Assembly (NCBI GenBank): GCA_000934665.2
Contig: KZ538055.1
Location: 1 to 64,000, forward strand
DNA length: 64,000 bases
Source: Catajapyx aquilonaris
Lineage: Eukaryota
Reading direction: 5' to 3'
This document shows positions 12,681 to 23,105 of the stretch, in pieces. How positions within the stretch are numbered: position 1 is the stretch's first letter; each line of letters opens with the position of its first letter. The position numbers were made by a program, and so were the translations under genes. The notes beneath the pieces are model-generated. The model was not told where the DNA came from. It worked only from the letters and a program-made list of their open reading frames with translations, and made no database searches.

Positions 12681-15600
12681 TAACAATAAAATATTGCTCA
12701 AATAGAATGTCTTATTATGCGACATTCTGCTGGAGTATGCCACGATCCATAAAGCGGATTCTACTGTAATTTTAACCTCATTACTCAGTGCTTGGGTGTC
12801 ACCTTTTATTTATGGATGGTCTGGCATTCCTGTGTAAGGGCCCCGCATTTGACAACTTAATGGTGCAGCTGGTGGCGTCCCTCTTGAAAGTTCCAGACTC
12901 GTACAATAACGGTTTCTAGGATTGTCACCCTTCAGGCCACGCACTAATTTCAGTGAACCCGCCCCTCATGCAATAATTCACTCCATTTTTATCCCCCCTT
13001 CATTTTTTGGGGGGGAGTTGAAACCTACAAAAATGAGTGGTCATCCACTGTGCATAGCAGGCCAGACCTAGCCCAAGATAGCCTGATACAAAAGTCTGTT
13101 GCATTGGAGATGTCCACCGAATATTAAGTCCGTTGCTTAGAAAAGACTGCCTATAAGACCTTCCAGAGGTATATAAGAAGAGGGGTCCCAATGGTGGGTG
13201 GGTGGGTGGGCTTCTCTCTCTCTCTCTCTCTTTCCCTCTCTCTCTTCTCCCCTTGACTCGATCCTCGGTCATTGCCCTCCACAGAAGTTTACGGTACCTA
13301 CCTTGAGGGACGCAGCCCAGGTTCTTCTTCTTCTTCTCCTTCTTCTTCTCCTTCTTCTTCTTTTTCTGAAGGAGGGGTTGCTGAGTTGGGTTGGGTTATG
13401 TTGGGTTTGATGCTTTCTAGAAGGTCGAGGGGGTAGGCTTCTCTCTCTCTCTCTCCAACGGGATAAGTAATAATATGAACTAACCTGACACGCCAGCCCC
13501 GCTAAAGAAGAAGAGGGGACTTGGTTAGATCATGGGAACATATTGCTTGGACCTTCTTTTTTTTAGCAGGATATAAGGGAGGGGTACCGGTGGATTCGGG
13601 GGAATTTCTTCGGGACCGATTCTTAGAAAGGAGTACATTAGAGAGTGAAGGAGGTTAATGGGGTTCTCAAGAGGGCATGAAATGAGTTCATCGAAAAAGC
13701 TTGAGGAAGTGTGGTAAAAAGCCTCAGGGGGGCGGCGGCGGTGGTCTCCTGGGACTTGTTCCTCTCTTTTTTTTTGCCACCTGGAAGTCCTCGTTTTCTG
13801 TCAAGTTCAAGGACGAATCACTTTCGGTTTAGTTCGTGCACATTTTGTCTCGCGAAAATCGGAAGCGGCGCGATATCTCTGGTCTTTCCAATGGGCATGT
13901 CCAAAGATCAACCTAACGCGAAAGTCGATAAAATTAACCAATTAGTATGACAGCTTCAGCCAAAAATGTACAGTACATAGACTACTTTTTATGCAATCTT
14001 ATGTAAATTCTGGCTGGAACTGTCCTACTCATTGATTTTATCGACTTTCGTTAGGTTTTATCGGAGGGGTCACTGTGAATCGGTAAAGATTCGCAATAAT
14101 TCGATCTTAAACATTCACAACAATTCAGCAGGTTTTCACAATATGGCCGGGTTTCACTATACCACAAGAGGTACCGACGATTTGATCATTGTTATTAATT
14201 ACCGTGAAAAAATAAGCTGCCAACAATAAATAGCGAAAAAATAATGGGCCGACAGTTTTTCTTTATCTTATTTTGAGTGGTCTTCGCTATATTTTTATTT
14301 GAATTAACTCCAACATTTCGTGAACGTATATTTTCTCAAATTGACTCGATGAAGCAACATTTTGATTACTTTTGCTGTCTACTGAAAATCAGTTACGGAA
14401 ATCGACGTAAATATTACTATAGTCGGTATAACAGTTAAGAAAACACCTAGAATTATTTAGAGAGCGATGGTACAACCAGTAACCCTTCTAAGCGTACAAA
14501 ATTAACCAGAAATACTTGACTGTCCGACCTCTCTCTCTCTTTTTTTAAAGAAATAGTCTAAAGTCATCAAAAGCACGTAAATAGCGGGTGGACCGGATAC
14601 TAAAAGTAAAGCCCAAATAGTTGAGCCGCGGCCGTATATAACTGGAGCACCGTAGACGAAAAACCAGCTGTATATGTACCGTAGGTCAGTAAACTTGGGA
14701 CAGACAGTTATGCTGCAGCATAATACATCATTCGACCTTAAAGCTGAAGCCAAGTTTTATGGAGGGGGGCCTGGACTATAGGGGTCATCCTCTCACCTGT
14801 AAAAAGGTGTCTTCCTTCTTCTTCTTCTTCCCCCCTTTTCAAGAGAAGCTCCGGAGTGAAAGCATGTAAAACCAAAAGTGGTTTTGAGACGCCTGACTCT
14901 TCTTCTTCTGATGGTATAGGCGGTGGTGGGGCACCTGCTGGCTAAGGGGTGGGGGGGCTATCATCCAGGGTTATTAATGGGCGTCGTGACTTACTAAGAA
15001 CAAGTGATCTTTTCCCCACAAAAGAGAAGTAAAAACGTGTGGAATGGGTTTTTGTGTGCAGGGTGATTGGCTTTGCGGGACTTTTGAAGGGTTTGGGGGC
15101 ACGTGATGGCGGCCGGCTGGTGGCCAGAAAGAGAAGAGAAGACCACCACCACCTCCCTCCCACCCCAAAAACGGTCTCAGAAAAGATGTCCATTATAAAC
15201 GGGGGAAGAATCCGGTCGCCTAGGTGAGTGAGTCGCGCGAGCACATGCTCCTTTTCATTTGGGAGAAGTAACGGCTGTTGGCCCACTGATGCGGCTCGCT
15301 TCTTTTTCCTTAGGAGAGACCACTTCCCATTGTTGCTTCTTCGAAAAGCCTGCCTGCCTGCCTCTCTCTAAACCAAACCCACCCACCCACCCTTCAAACT
15401 GAACGGTACCCACCAGGCGGAAGTGCAAAACTTGAATAGCTTGGTGCACCGGCCCCAATATGCAAATCGCTGACTAACTGTCCGAAGGAGACTCCAGCAG
15501 CCAGGGGGGAACCAGCAGAAGCAGATGTCCCAATGTCCATGGATGAAGCAGGCCTCCTCCTCTCAGAAGAGACTAATTATGCTCCAAGGAGGGGGGTGAA

Positions 15601-17717
15601 GTTAGAAATCAAAAGGTAATTTTTTTTGTGGCGAAACTCCTCAGCCCATTAGCATGTCTTACATTTGTGCTGTTGTTGTTGTTTTTTTGAGCTGGAGCGT
15701 GAGTGTTGGCACGTTGCAGCAGAATTTTTGGGGTTGCCATGTGCTGGGTGGGTTGGTCTATTGTGTGCTAATAGTGTGTGGCCGAGTAGGAAGTCAGGCC
15801 TGAGTAGGTGAGGACTGGAATGAGAGCCTTTTTGCATCGGGGATGTATACAGCATGCATGCATGCAGGAAGCGGCCACTAAAGGACACACCGTTATCATT
15901 CTTCGCAGGGACACGGAGATTTCTGCCGTGCAATCAGTATACGTGCCAATGGAAAGTCATACTCATCGGGAAGAGTGCATGAAGAGAGAGAGAGGGGGGG
16001 GGGGCGGGGGGCGATGGGGAGAAGAAAAAAAAACTTCCGTGAAACCCGGTTAAGTCAGTATTCAAGTTCGAGAAGGAATAAAAAAAATATATGAGGCTTT
16101 GAGATGCAAATGTCCACGCACTGATAAATAATCTGCAAGGAACCCCCATATCTACAATGAAATCGGTCCTTGCATTCATTACATACAGTGGACCAGGTGA
16201 GAAACATTTAGCGGAGAAGGAAAAGGGTGAGAAAATTTGAAGGATAAAAAAATTTGGGAAAAGATATTTAAGAGTGTGTGGAAGGAAACACCCCCCCCCC
16301 CCCCCTCCTTCTTTTTCTGGTGTCACCTTTCAGAGTACAACGTGGTTTGTCATCATTCGGGTTCGGCTCTTGATGGGGATGTAAGAAAACTTCATCGACC
16401 AGCCAGCACCTTTTATGCAGAAAAGCCTGGAGGAAGTGGTGGGATGAAGGGGAGGGAACAACACTCTCTCCCCCCTGCTCCCTTCTTTTTTTTTGCAAGA
16501 AAGTATTCTGAACTAAGAGAGGAAAAAAAATAGTTTTGAATATGGTTTCCTTCCCTTTTCTGCCTTCCTCCCTCGTCCCTAATATGAATGAAATCCGAGA
16601 CACTTTCGGTCGCAAGTATGGGTTTTAACTTCAGGACGCTACTTTTGTGGGGTGTCGGCTATGCATACATCACATTTGAATTTTTTGTGGAGAGGATCCT
16701 GTAGCTGGTCCTCCCTCATCCACCCTGCACATCTTCTAAAAAAAATGGGTGCAGGCCCAACCTGACGCCATGGGAGCTTAGAACTGATTAAAACATAATT
16801 TGATTGCACGTGCACTGACAACATCCATTAGTAAAAATCCTCGCCAAAACCACTGTACTGAAGAACTTACAGACTCCTGCAAAAATGTTTGAATTTTTTA
16901 TAAAGACTGATCTATGGTGTACCACTATTTCAAACCTTATTCATACATCCCGGAATGATACCAATGTGCATTTCAGGTCTTCGTTTAGAAAGTTATGTTT
17001 CCAGTTTTGACGGGCGGTATTTTTAGGGGAGGGTGTTATAAATACGCAGTTCCGGAACCTGTCAGTAGATACCGGTGCTGCGGTGAGAAACAGGACCTTG
17101 CATCATCGTGGGAAACCCGGAAAAACACAATGGGGGCCCAATCTCCCCCGAATTTCACAGAAAAATTGAAGGTCCACCCTTTGCTGTCCTGATAATATAA
17201 TATAGAGTGGTCCAGTTCCGCATTGAAATGACATGGGAGGGGCAGACAGGGCAATAGAAAAAGTGAGCGTGTCCGGACGACCCTTCCAGTTCCTGGAACC
17301 GAAACCTACGGGGCTGTCCATAAATATATTTATATATAAAAAAAGAAGGAAGGGGTTGAACTTTTCCAAACCCGGAACTGGGAGGAAGTAATCGGCTCCG
17401 GCTGACTGGGTCCCCCGGGGGGGCTAGTTTTCAAGAGAGGGTCAGCAGTGGAAAGAGGGTATTAAGGTGCCTACAAGCTGCACCCACACCTGCCCACCCA
17501 CCCACCCACCAATGGCTCGTACTCCTTTTCTAGGAAGAAGAAGAAGCATCTAACGGTTGATTGGAAGCCCGTGTCATCCAACTCCACAGGTCCACGATCC
17601 CGTTAACAGACAACCTCTTCTTCTTCTTCTTCTTCCAAAAATAAATCCTTTTCCCCCGCATTTCCGTGTGCCTTTCCGTAGAGTGGGTGGCTCTCTTTTT
17701 TTCGGGGGGGGGGGGGG

Positions 17718-17879
17718 NNNNNNNNNNNNNNNNNNNNNNNNNNNNNNNNNNNNNNNNNNNNNNNNNNNNNNNNNNNNNNNNNNNNNNNNNNNNNNNNNNN
17801 NNNNNNNNNNNNNNNNNNNNNNNNNNNNNNNNNNNNNNNNNNNNNNNNNNNNNNNNNNNNNNNNNNNNNNNNNNNNNNN
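17718..17879. other. Assembly gap (162 N) following a poly-G tract
   Basis: Run of N characters. Confidence 1.
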
Positions 17880-20800
17880 GTTGGCCCCGGGGCACTTGGC
17901 CTAGGATGGATGGTGGTCCTGAGAAGGGGGGTGTGGAAGGTAGGTAGGTAGGTAGGTGGGGAGGACAACACACCGTTGGTCTTCTCCGCCCCAGACTCGA
18001 GCCGTTTTTCCCATCATTCCTCTGACCGTTATTATATACACACCATTTTTCCTCTGATTGCACACCCTGTAGTTGGCTTCTCTCGCGAAAACTCAAGGTC
18101 AGGCGAGTTTGCAGGGTCGCATATCTGCCAGGATGAACCGAGGGGAATTTTTGTTATGATTTCGTATCTCTACTAGAGAGGCTGATGTCAAAGTCCGTTC
18201 CACCCGGGCTCGGACTGTGACTCGGTGACCTTTTGAACTTTGGCGAGTGAGACATGCACCAATCCACACTGATAATACGTAACATCTGCGACTGGTGCCA
18301 ATGACCTGCTTGATGCGGAGAAAAACAATGCAATAGTGGATTCATGCCGTTTCAGCATGCACCTGTTTGTCACCTTTTGAAAATCGTAGCCGTATTGTTA
18401 ATATTTGGTGAAAAATATAAATTACTGGAATAATACATTGTCCAAAAATTAATACAGAATTGGATATGGTCGGCTAATATTTTCTGCTTTTTTTCATATT
18501 TTATGATTTGAAAAATGTTTCACCAATTTCCGAACAAACTCTTATACCGGTAGTAAAAATCACACTGTATATTATTTTCAATATTGGAACACACTATTTC
18601 GGTAACTCAGACCTTGCTCCAGACTCTATATTGGGACAAGCAGATGTTTCATCCAAAACTGGTTTGTTTTGTTTTTATTTCCTCAGTGAAGGGGGCACAT
18701 GCTTCTGAAGTAATTTCCGATTCGATTTTTTCCATCCCCCCTTTCTTTCCAAGGCACGAGCGGGGAGGCACCAGCTTTAATAACCACACTCGAGATAAAA
18801 CCGAACTCACGCTAAAAAAGAGAGGTAGTAACTGGACCTTCTCTTTGTTGTTAGCAGGGGTCAACCGCTAACTACGAACGGGACCCAAAACCGGAAGGTT
18901 CGAAAAGAATGAAGAGAGAGAGAGAGAAAAATGCTGACCATACTTCTCTGCATGTTGTCGGATTGTATGAAGGAGCCGGGGATGATTTTTCCCTGTAATT
19001 AAAATGGCGAGATGAGTGTTTGGGGGTCACGGGAGGATTCGAGACTGCTGCTGGAAGGAGACAAAAAAATATATAGAAGAAGGGAAAAAAAAAGTTTCAC
19101 TTGCGGACTTTCTCGGCCTGAAAATCATGCTTTGCTTTCCCTTGGACTGGCCGTTTCTCCTTCTATGGGAGGAAGTGAATCAGAAAACTCTCCCAACACA
19201 CTCGGCCAATGCAGGTCGTCGCCAGTGAATTGGGAGCAAAACTCCGCTCCAGGGATGTATAAAAGACTTTTTTTTTTCTTCCATCCCAAGTACAACTCCA
19301 TAACACACTTTTCATTACCAGTTTGCTAAGCCTTTTATCCAGCATCCCTAACCCCAATACATTGTTGGTGAATATGGATCTCGCAAATATGCTCTCCAAC
19401 TATATGTATGCGGAGGGAGAAGTTATTTGGCCAATTTTGTCTTAAAAAAATTGCAGAAACAGTACCGGTAAATAATAAATGTTACATTAATTATTCCATT
19501 GTGCACTATTTGCCCTGTATTGATTAGGTAAGAATGGCAATTATTCCCAATTCCAGCAGATAAGATCTCTGATTGTTGGTGCGAACAATTCGTAACTTCT
19601 CTTTCTACCCTCCTTTTGGACAGTGGACTGGAACAATACGCATGAATGAATGCACTTGAAGGGATGACTCGGCCTGGAATTTGCACAACCTGCGCAATAC
19701 ATATTACAAAATAGGTACTGTACATTACAGAAAACATTTTGATAGTATCCTATACGGAGAAGGTGCACCCAACCTATACGTAGATGCGAACTACCGCCTT
19801 TTTCTTGCTACTGTGCGTCACTGCCATGGGATTCCCTTACAATTTTCTGACCCGAGATGAGTGTTTTTTACGCTTTATTCCAACCCTGATAAAGACGTAG
19901 CAAACACGTCATTAATAAGCGCAATATAGGAAGTATGTGTATTGCGATGCGAATATTTTCTCCCCCTTGTTACATAATTTTACATAGGTGTACGTCCTAT
20001 ATAGTGTAGCGCATATGTATACAGGGTTCAATATGTTATTGGAGATGGACAGAGCAGCACGTGGTTGAAGTCAGGTCGGGCGGGCGGAAAGGAAGGGGGG
20101 GGGGGGGATCAGTATGGCTGGCGGTATTTGGTACAACCGGTTCTGATGTGATAATATTACACCTATCAAGGACGTCGGACGCGCCTTTCTCTCTTCACTT
20201 GAGCAGCGAAAGAGTCTGCTACCGAAAGAAGAATAAGAAGAAAGAAAAGGGTAGTATGTGCAATGCCGTCTAGAAATGCAGAGAAAGGTTGGAAAAAAAA
20301 GTGGCTCTTCCTGTGCTCCACATTTTGCACAGCTCGGATATAGTTCAGGGCTGGAAGGGTGAAAAAAAAAATATTTTGCAGAATGGCCGAGAGGCACACG
20401 TGCCAATTTTATGGGAGTGACTGGGAGGGGGGGAAAGGACGCCGGATGGTGACCTTACAAGGCTGGATAAATTTTCTTGCATAATCACCTTCTGTCTGGG
20501 TCCATTCAGGCTGATGAGGAAGGGCAAGGAGCTCATTTTTTTGAGAGAGAGGGGGGAGACGTGGTGGAAAGGGGGGGGGGGCACATTATTCGCTAATAAT
20601 TCAGGCAGTACTTATACACATTTAGAGGAATTACCATATGACTTTTGAATGCTTAAGCTGGGGGAGATGGACGGGAGCATTTCCAAAACGAAGCCCTTCA
20701 GTTAGTTTTTCTTCAGCTATGAGTTTTATGCAAATTCATGTCCAGTCAGATTAGTCTAAAAAATTTCGGATTGGATTGAGAATATTGTCATATTTGTATA

Positions 20801-21096
20801 CTTTACTTTCTTGCATTCCTAATTTGTTCCGCAGCATGATTTTGCCGTTACGGATTCGCACATACGCATTCTCATTTGTTACTGTCAGTTAGTTGACAGC
20901 TGACTGCAGAAGAAGCCAGAAGCGGGTTATGTGAAAAACCCATATTTTCATTATAAATCACAACAAGCTTTTTTTAGTGACACGTTCATGTTTTTATAAC
21001 TGGCCAAAGGGTTCAAATTCCGCTTTAATGCACAGTACCCAATAATATCCAGCGTTTCTTGTGAATCAGTTTTTTCAATCATTCAGAGTTGCACTT

Positions 21097-21110
21097 TAAT
21101 AATAATAATA

Positions 21111-21192
<82 letters not shown>
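21097..21192. repeat. (TAA)n microsatellite, about 32 units with one TAG interruption
   Basis: Directly visible; it produces the spurious poly-Tyr ORF 21096-21350. Confidence 0.97.
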
Positions 21193-21730
21193 GTAGTCGA
21201 TGCACAATAATTTTTCCCGAATCTTGATGCATCACGAGGCGTCACGAAGCAGCAGAAATACTCGAAAAAGATGCTAAAAATCGTACCGAACCAGGAAGTC
21301 ATTATACATTCCCCCTTTTTTATATACGTCATTGCATGCTGAATCCCCATTACATCACAGGATTACACCAGTAATCCCCCCTCCCCACCTCATGATCCCC
21401 TTCCCCTTTTGCCAAGATTACAAAATATTTATTTACGCCCACCCGCGTCACTATAGCCAGGGATGAGTCGCATCCACGTGCTTTTTGGTGACAACCAGAG
21501 AGGCAGCCAGTGCGTGTGTGTGAGAGAGTGTATCCCGTGAGAGGGAGTTTGAATAATTTTTTTTTTAAAGAAAAAGAAGGCATGGAGAGAGAGAAAAAAA
21601 AGCAAGCAAAGCAAGAGTGGGTTGTGGTTGTGGTCGGTTGGTCGGTCTGTCGAGTGAGAGGCGGGGGTTGGTTGGTCGTGTGTGTAGTTTGGAGGAGCCA
21701 GTAAGCGAGTGAGGCTCTCTGGGTCCGGTC

Positions 21731-22040
21731 TATAAGGGACGTGTGCGCGCCATACATACACGTGCACATACTCTGTACGCTCTCTTTTCATTTTTAATCT
21801 TTTCCACCCCCCTTAAAAAAAATTAATTCATCTCGGACCCTTCTCTCGCACCTTTTTTGATCCCTCAGGGAGCGATAGTACCAGCTGTAGTGGTCGGCCA
21901 GGTTTTCTTGGGGTCGGTGGGAGGGGTTGAGGTGCTTTTGGAGAGGGGGGGTGAGGGTAAGAGGGGGTAAGGAGGCAGGGGGGGGGGGGATCTCTCGGCC
22001 CTATTTAGCCGGTGTCTGCAGGTCTGCCACGGTCAGAGCG
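21731..22040 (+). promoter_or_regulatory. Candidate core promoter(s) of the tal/pri/mlpt transcript
   Basis: TATAAG at 21731. An alternative is TATTTAG at 22002 with an Inr-like TCAGA about 30 nt downstream (22033-22037), about 55 nt before smORF1. Which one is used cannot be decided from sequence. Confidence 0.45.
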
Positions 22041-22090
22041 ACGGGTCGTGTGCTCTGAGCCGGTACACCTTTCGCATCGTATACGCAACA

Positions 22091-22129
22091 ATGGGCGGGA
22101 AGACGTTAGATCCGACCGGGTTGTACTGA
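22091..22129 (+). CDS. tal: Tarsal-less/polished rice/mille-pattes micropeptide 1, MGGKTLDPTGLY (12 aa)
   Basis: ATG GGC GGG AAG ACG TTA GAT CCG ACC GGG TTG TAC TGA. It ends in the diagnostic LDPTGxY-stop motif and has a good initiation context (CAACAATGG). Confidence 0.93.
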   Translation: MGGKTLDPTGLY

Positions 22130-22156
22130 AGTTTTGGGACAAGAGCATAGCTGGTG

Positions 22157-22201
22157 ATGTCCAAGATGCCCGAGACGCTGGACCCGACGGGACTGTACTG
22201 A
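22157..22201 (+). CDS. tal: Tarsal-less/polished rice/mille-pattes micropeptide 2, MSKMPETLDPTGLY (14 aa; 11-aa MPETLDPTGLY if started at ATG 22166)
   Basis: ATG TCC AAG ATG CCC GAG ACG CTG GAC CCG ACG GGA CTG TAC TGA. This second LDPTGLY-stop ORF starts 27 nt after smORF1, and all differences from smORF1 across TLDPTGLY* are synonymous. Confidence 0.93.
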   Translation: MSKMPETLDPTGLY

Positions 22202-22238
22202 GAGAGCAGGTTGCCTGACTTCCTCCAAAGGGGACGAG

Positions 22239-22697
22239 ATGGCCACGGACGTATGGGTGTACCATCCGGAAGTGAGTTGGGCCTGCAGCACCTGCGATGA
22301 CCTGTTGTTCCCAGATGAGCAGGGAACTTCTTCTTCAATAGCCGGTGAGCATAGTATAAGAAGTGGAAGGGGGGAATGCTGGTCGTTGACCCTGTACTTC
22401 CGCGTTGTCACATGTCCCAACCAGCCGGTGTCGCTGGTCAGCCCAGGGCGGGTCGCACCCAGGGTTGGAAGGGAGCTGGGGCCGCCCCAGGGTGCTGGGT
22501 TGGAACTAGGGGCCGGTCTGGGGGCAGGGGCAGATGGGGCAAGGGCAGGGCAGTGGGAATGGGAGGGGTCGCGGGCCAAAAGCTGGCAACCGCGTCTTAT
22601 ATGCTGCCTTGTGTTTCTTCCTGGTTCGAATCGTACCTCCCAGCCCTTGCCCGTTTACTGGGTCACAGCTGCTCCAGCCCCGACCATTGCCAGGTAG
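22239..22697 (+). CDS. Possible third, motif-less ORF (152 aa) on the tal transcript; translation uncertain
   Basis: The ATG has a good context (GAGATGG) and lies 37 nt after smORF2. The ORF ends before the poly(A) signals. No recognisable homology; the central part is G-rich and low in complexity. Confidence 0.25.
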   Translation: MATDVWVYHPEVSWACSTCDDLLFPDEQGTSSSIAGEHSIRSGRGECWSLTLYFRVVTCPNQPVSLVSPGRVAPRVGRELGPPQGAGLELGAGLGAGADGARAGQWEWEGSRAKSWQPRLICCLVFLPGSNRTSQPLPVYWVTAAPAPTIAR

Positions 22698-22859
22698 ATG
22701 GTCAGTCGCAGAAATACCAAATTTGCAAGTGGATTCGCGTCAAAATGAACATTTTTGGTGGGGGTCCACACCACTGTTTTGGGCTCAGAAATGCGCCAAA
22801 ACGCCAATGCGCCAAAAAGACGTGTCTTTTACCTTCACCGATACGATTTAAGAATTATA

Positions 22860-22917
22860 AATAAAGTGATTTTTGATTGGTGTTGTTCTAGGCTTCGTAG
22901 CAAATAATGTGAATAAA
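22860..22917 (+). terminator. Candidate polyadenylation signals of the tal transcript
   Basis: AATAAA at 22860-22865, followed by a GT/T-rich tract, and again at 22912-22917. This implies an mRNA of about 0.85-1.2 kb. Confidence 0.6.
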
Positions 22918-23045
22918 TCAGTCAGTTTGCGAATTTCTGTAATTCTTGAGCGGGTAAAGCAGGATTTGCGCAAAATCATGGGCTCGACTTTAGACATGTT
23001 AATGGTTCAAGTAGTGACACTGTCATTGAAAAATAGCCTTTATAG

Positions 23046-23105
23046 GTCCAGTCATGATCGTAAAAGCAAATAAGGGTGTATTTCATTTTACGATCATGAC
23101 TGGAC
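23046..23105. repeat. Perfect 20-bp inverted repeat forming a 60-68 nt hairpin
   Basis: GTCCAGTCATGATCGTAAAA (23046-23065) pairs with TTTTACGATCATGACTGGAC (23086-23105); inner AAATA/TATTT pairing leaves a 6-nt loop. Confidence 0.9.

Noticed and set aside
17530..18096. Long ORFs spanning 17.5-18.1 kb
   Set aside because: They are artefacts of reading through the N gap.
21096..21350. Poly-Tyr ORF (also the poly-Val ORF at 44047-44406 and the poly-Leu ORF at 13198-13410)
   Set aside because: These are translations of microsatellites.
22127..22201. TGA codons as selenocysteine or read-through sites
   Set aside because: An in-frame TAG lies in the spacer, each ORF has its own ATG, and motif followed by stop is the normal Tal arrangement.
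22033..22338. Minus-strand 101-aa ORF with repeated QYSPVGS/QYNPVGS
   Set aside because: It is the antisense shadow of the two tal smORFs. The differences between the repeats are all silent only in the plus-strand LDPTGLY frame.
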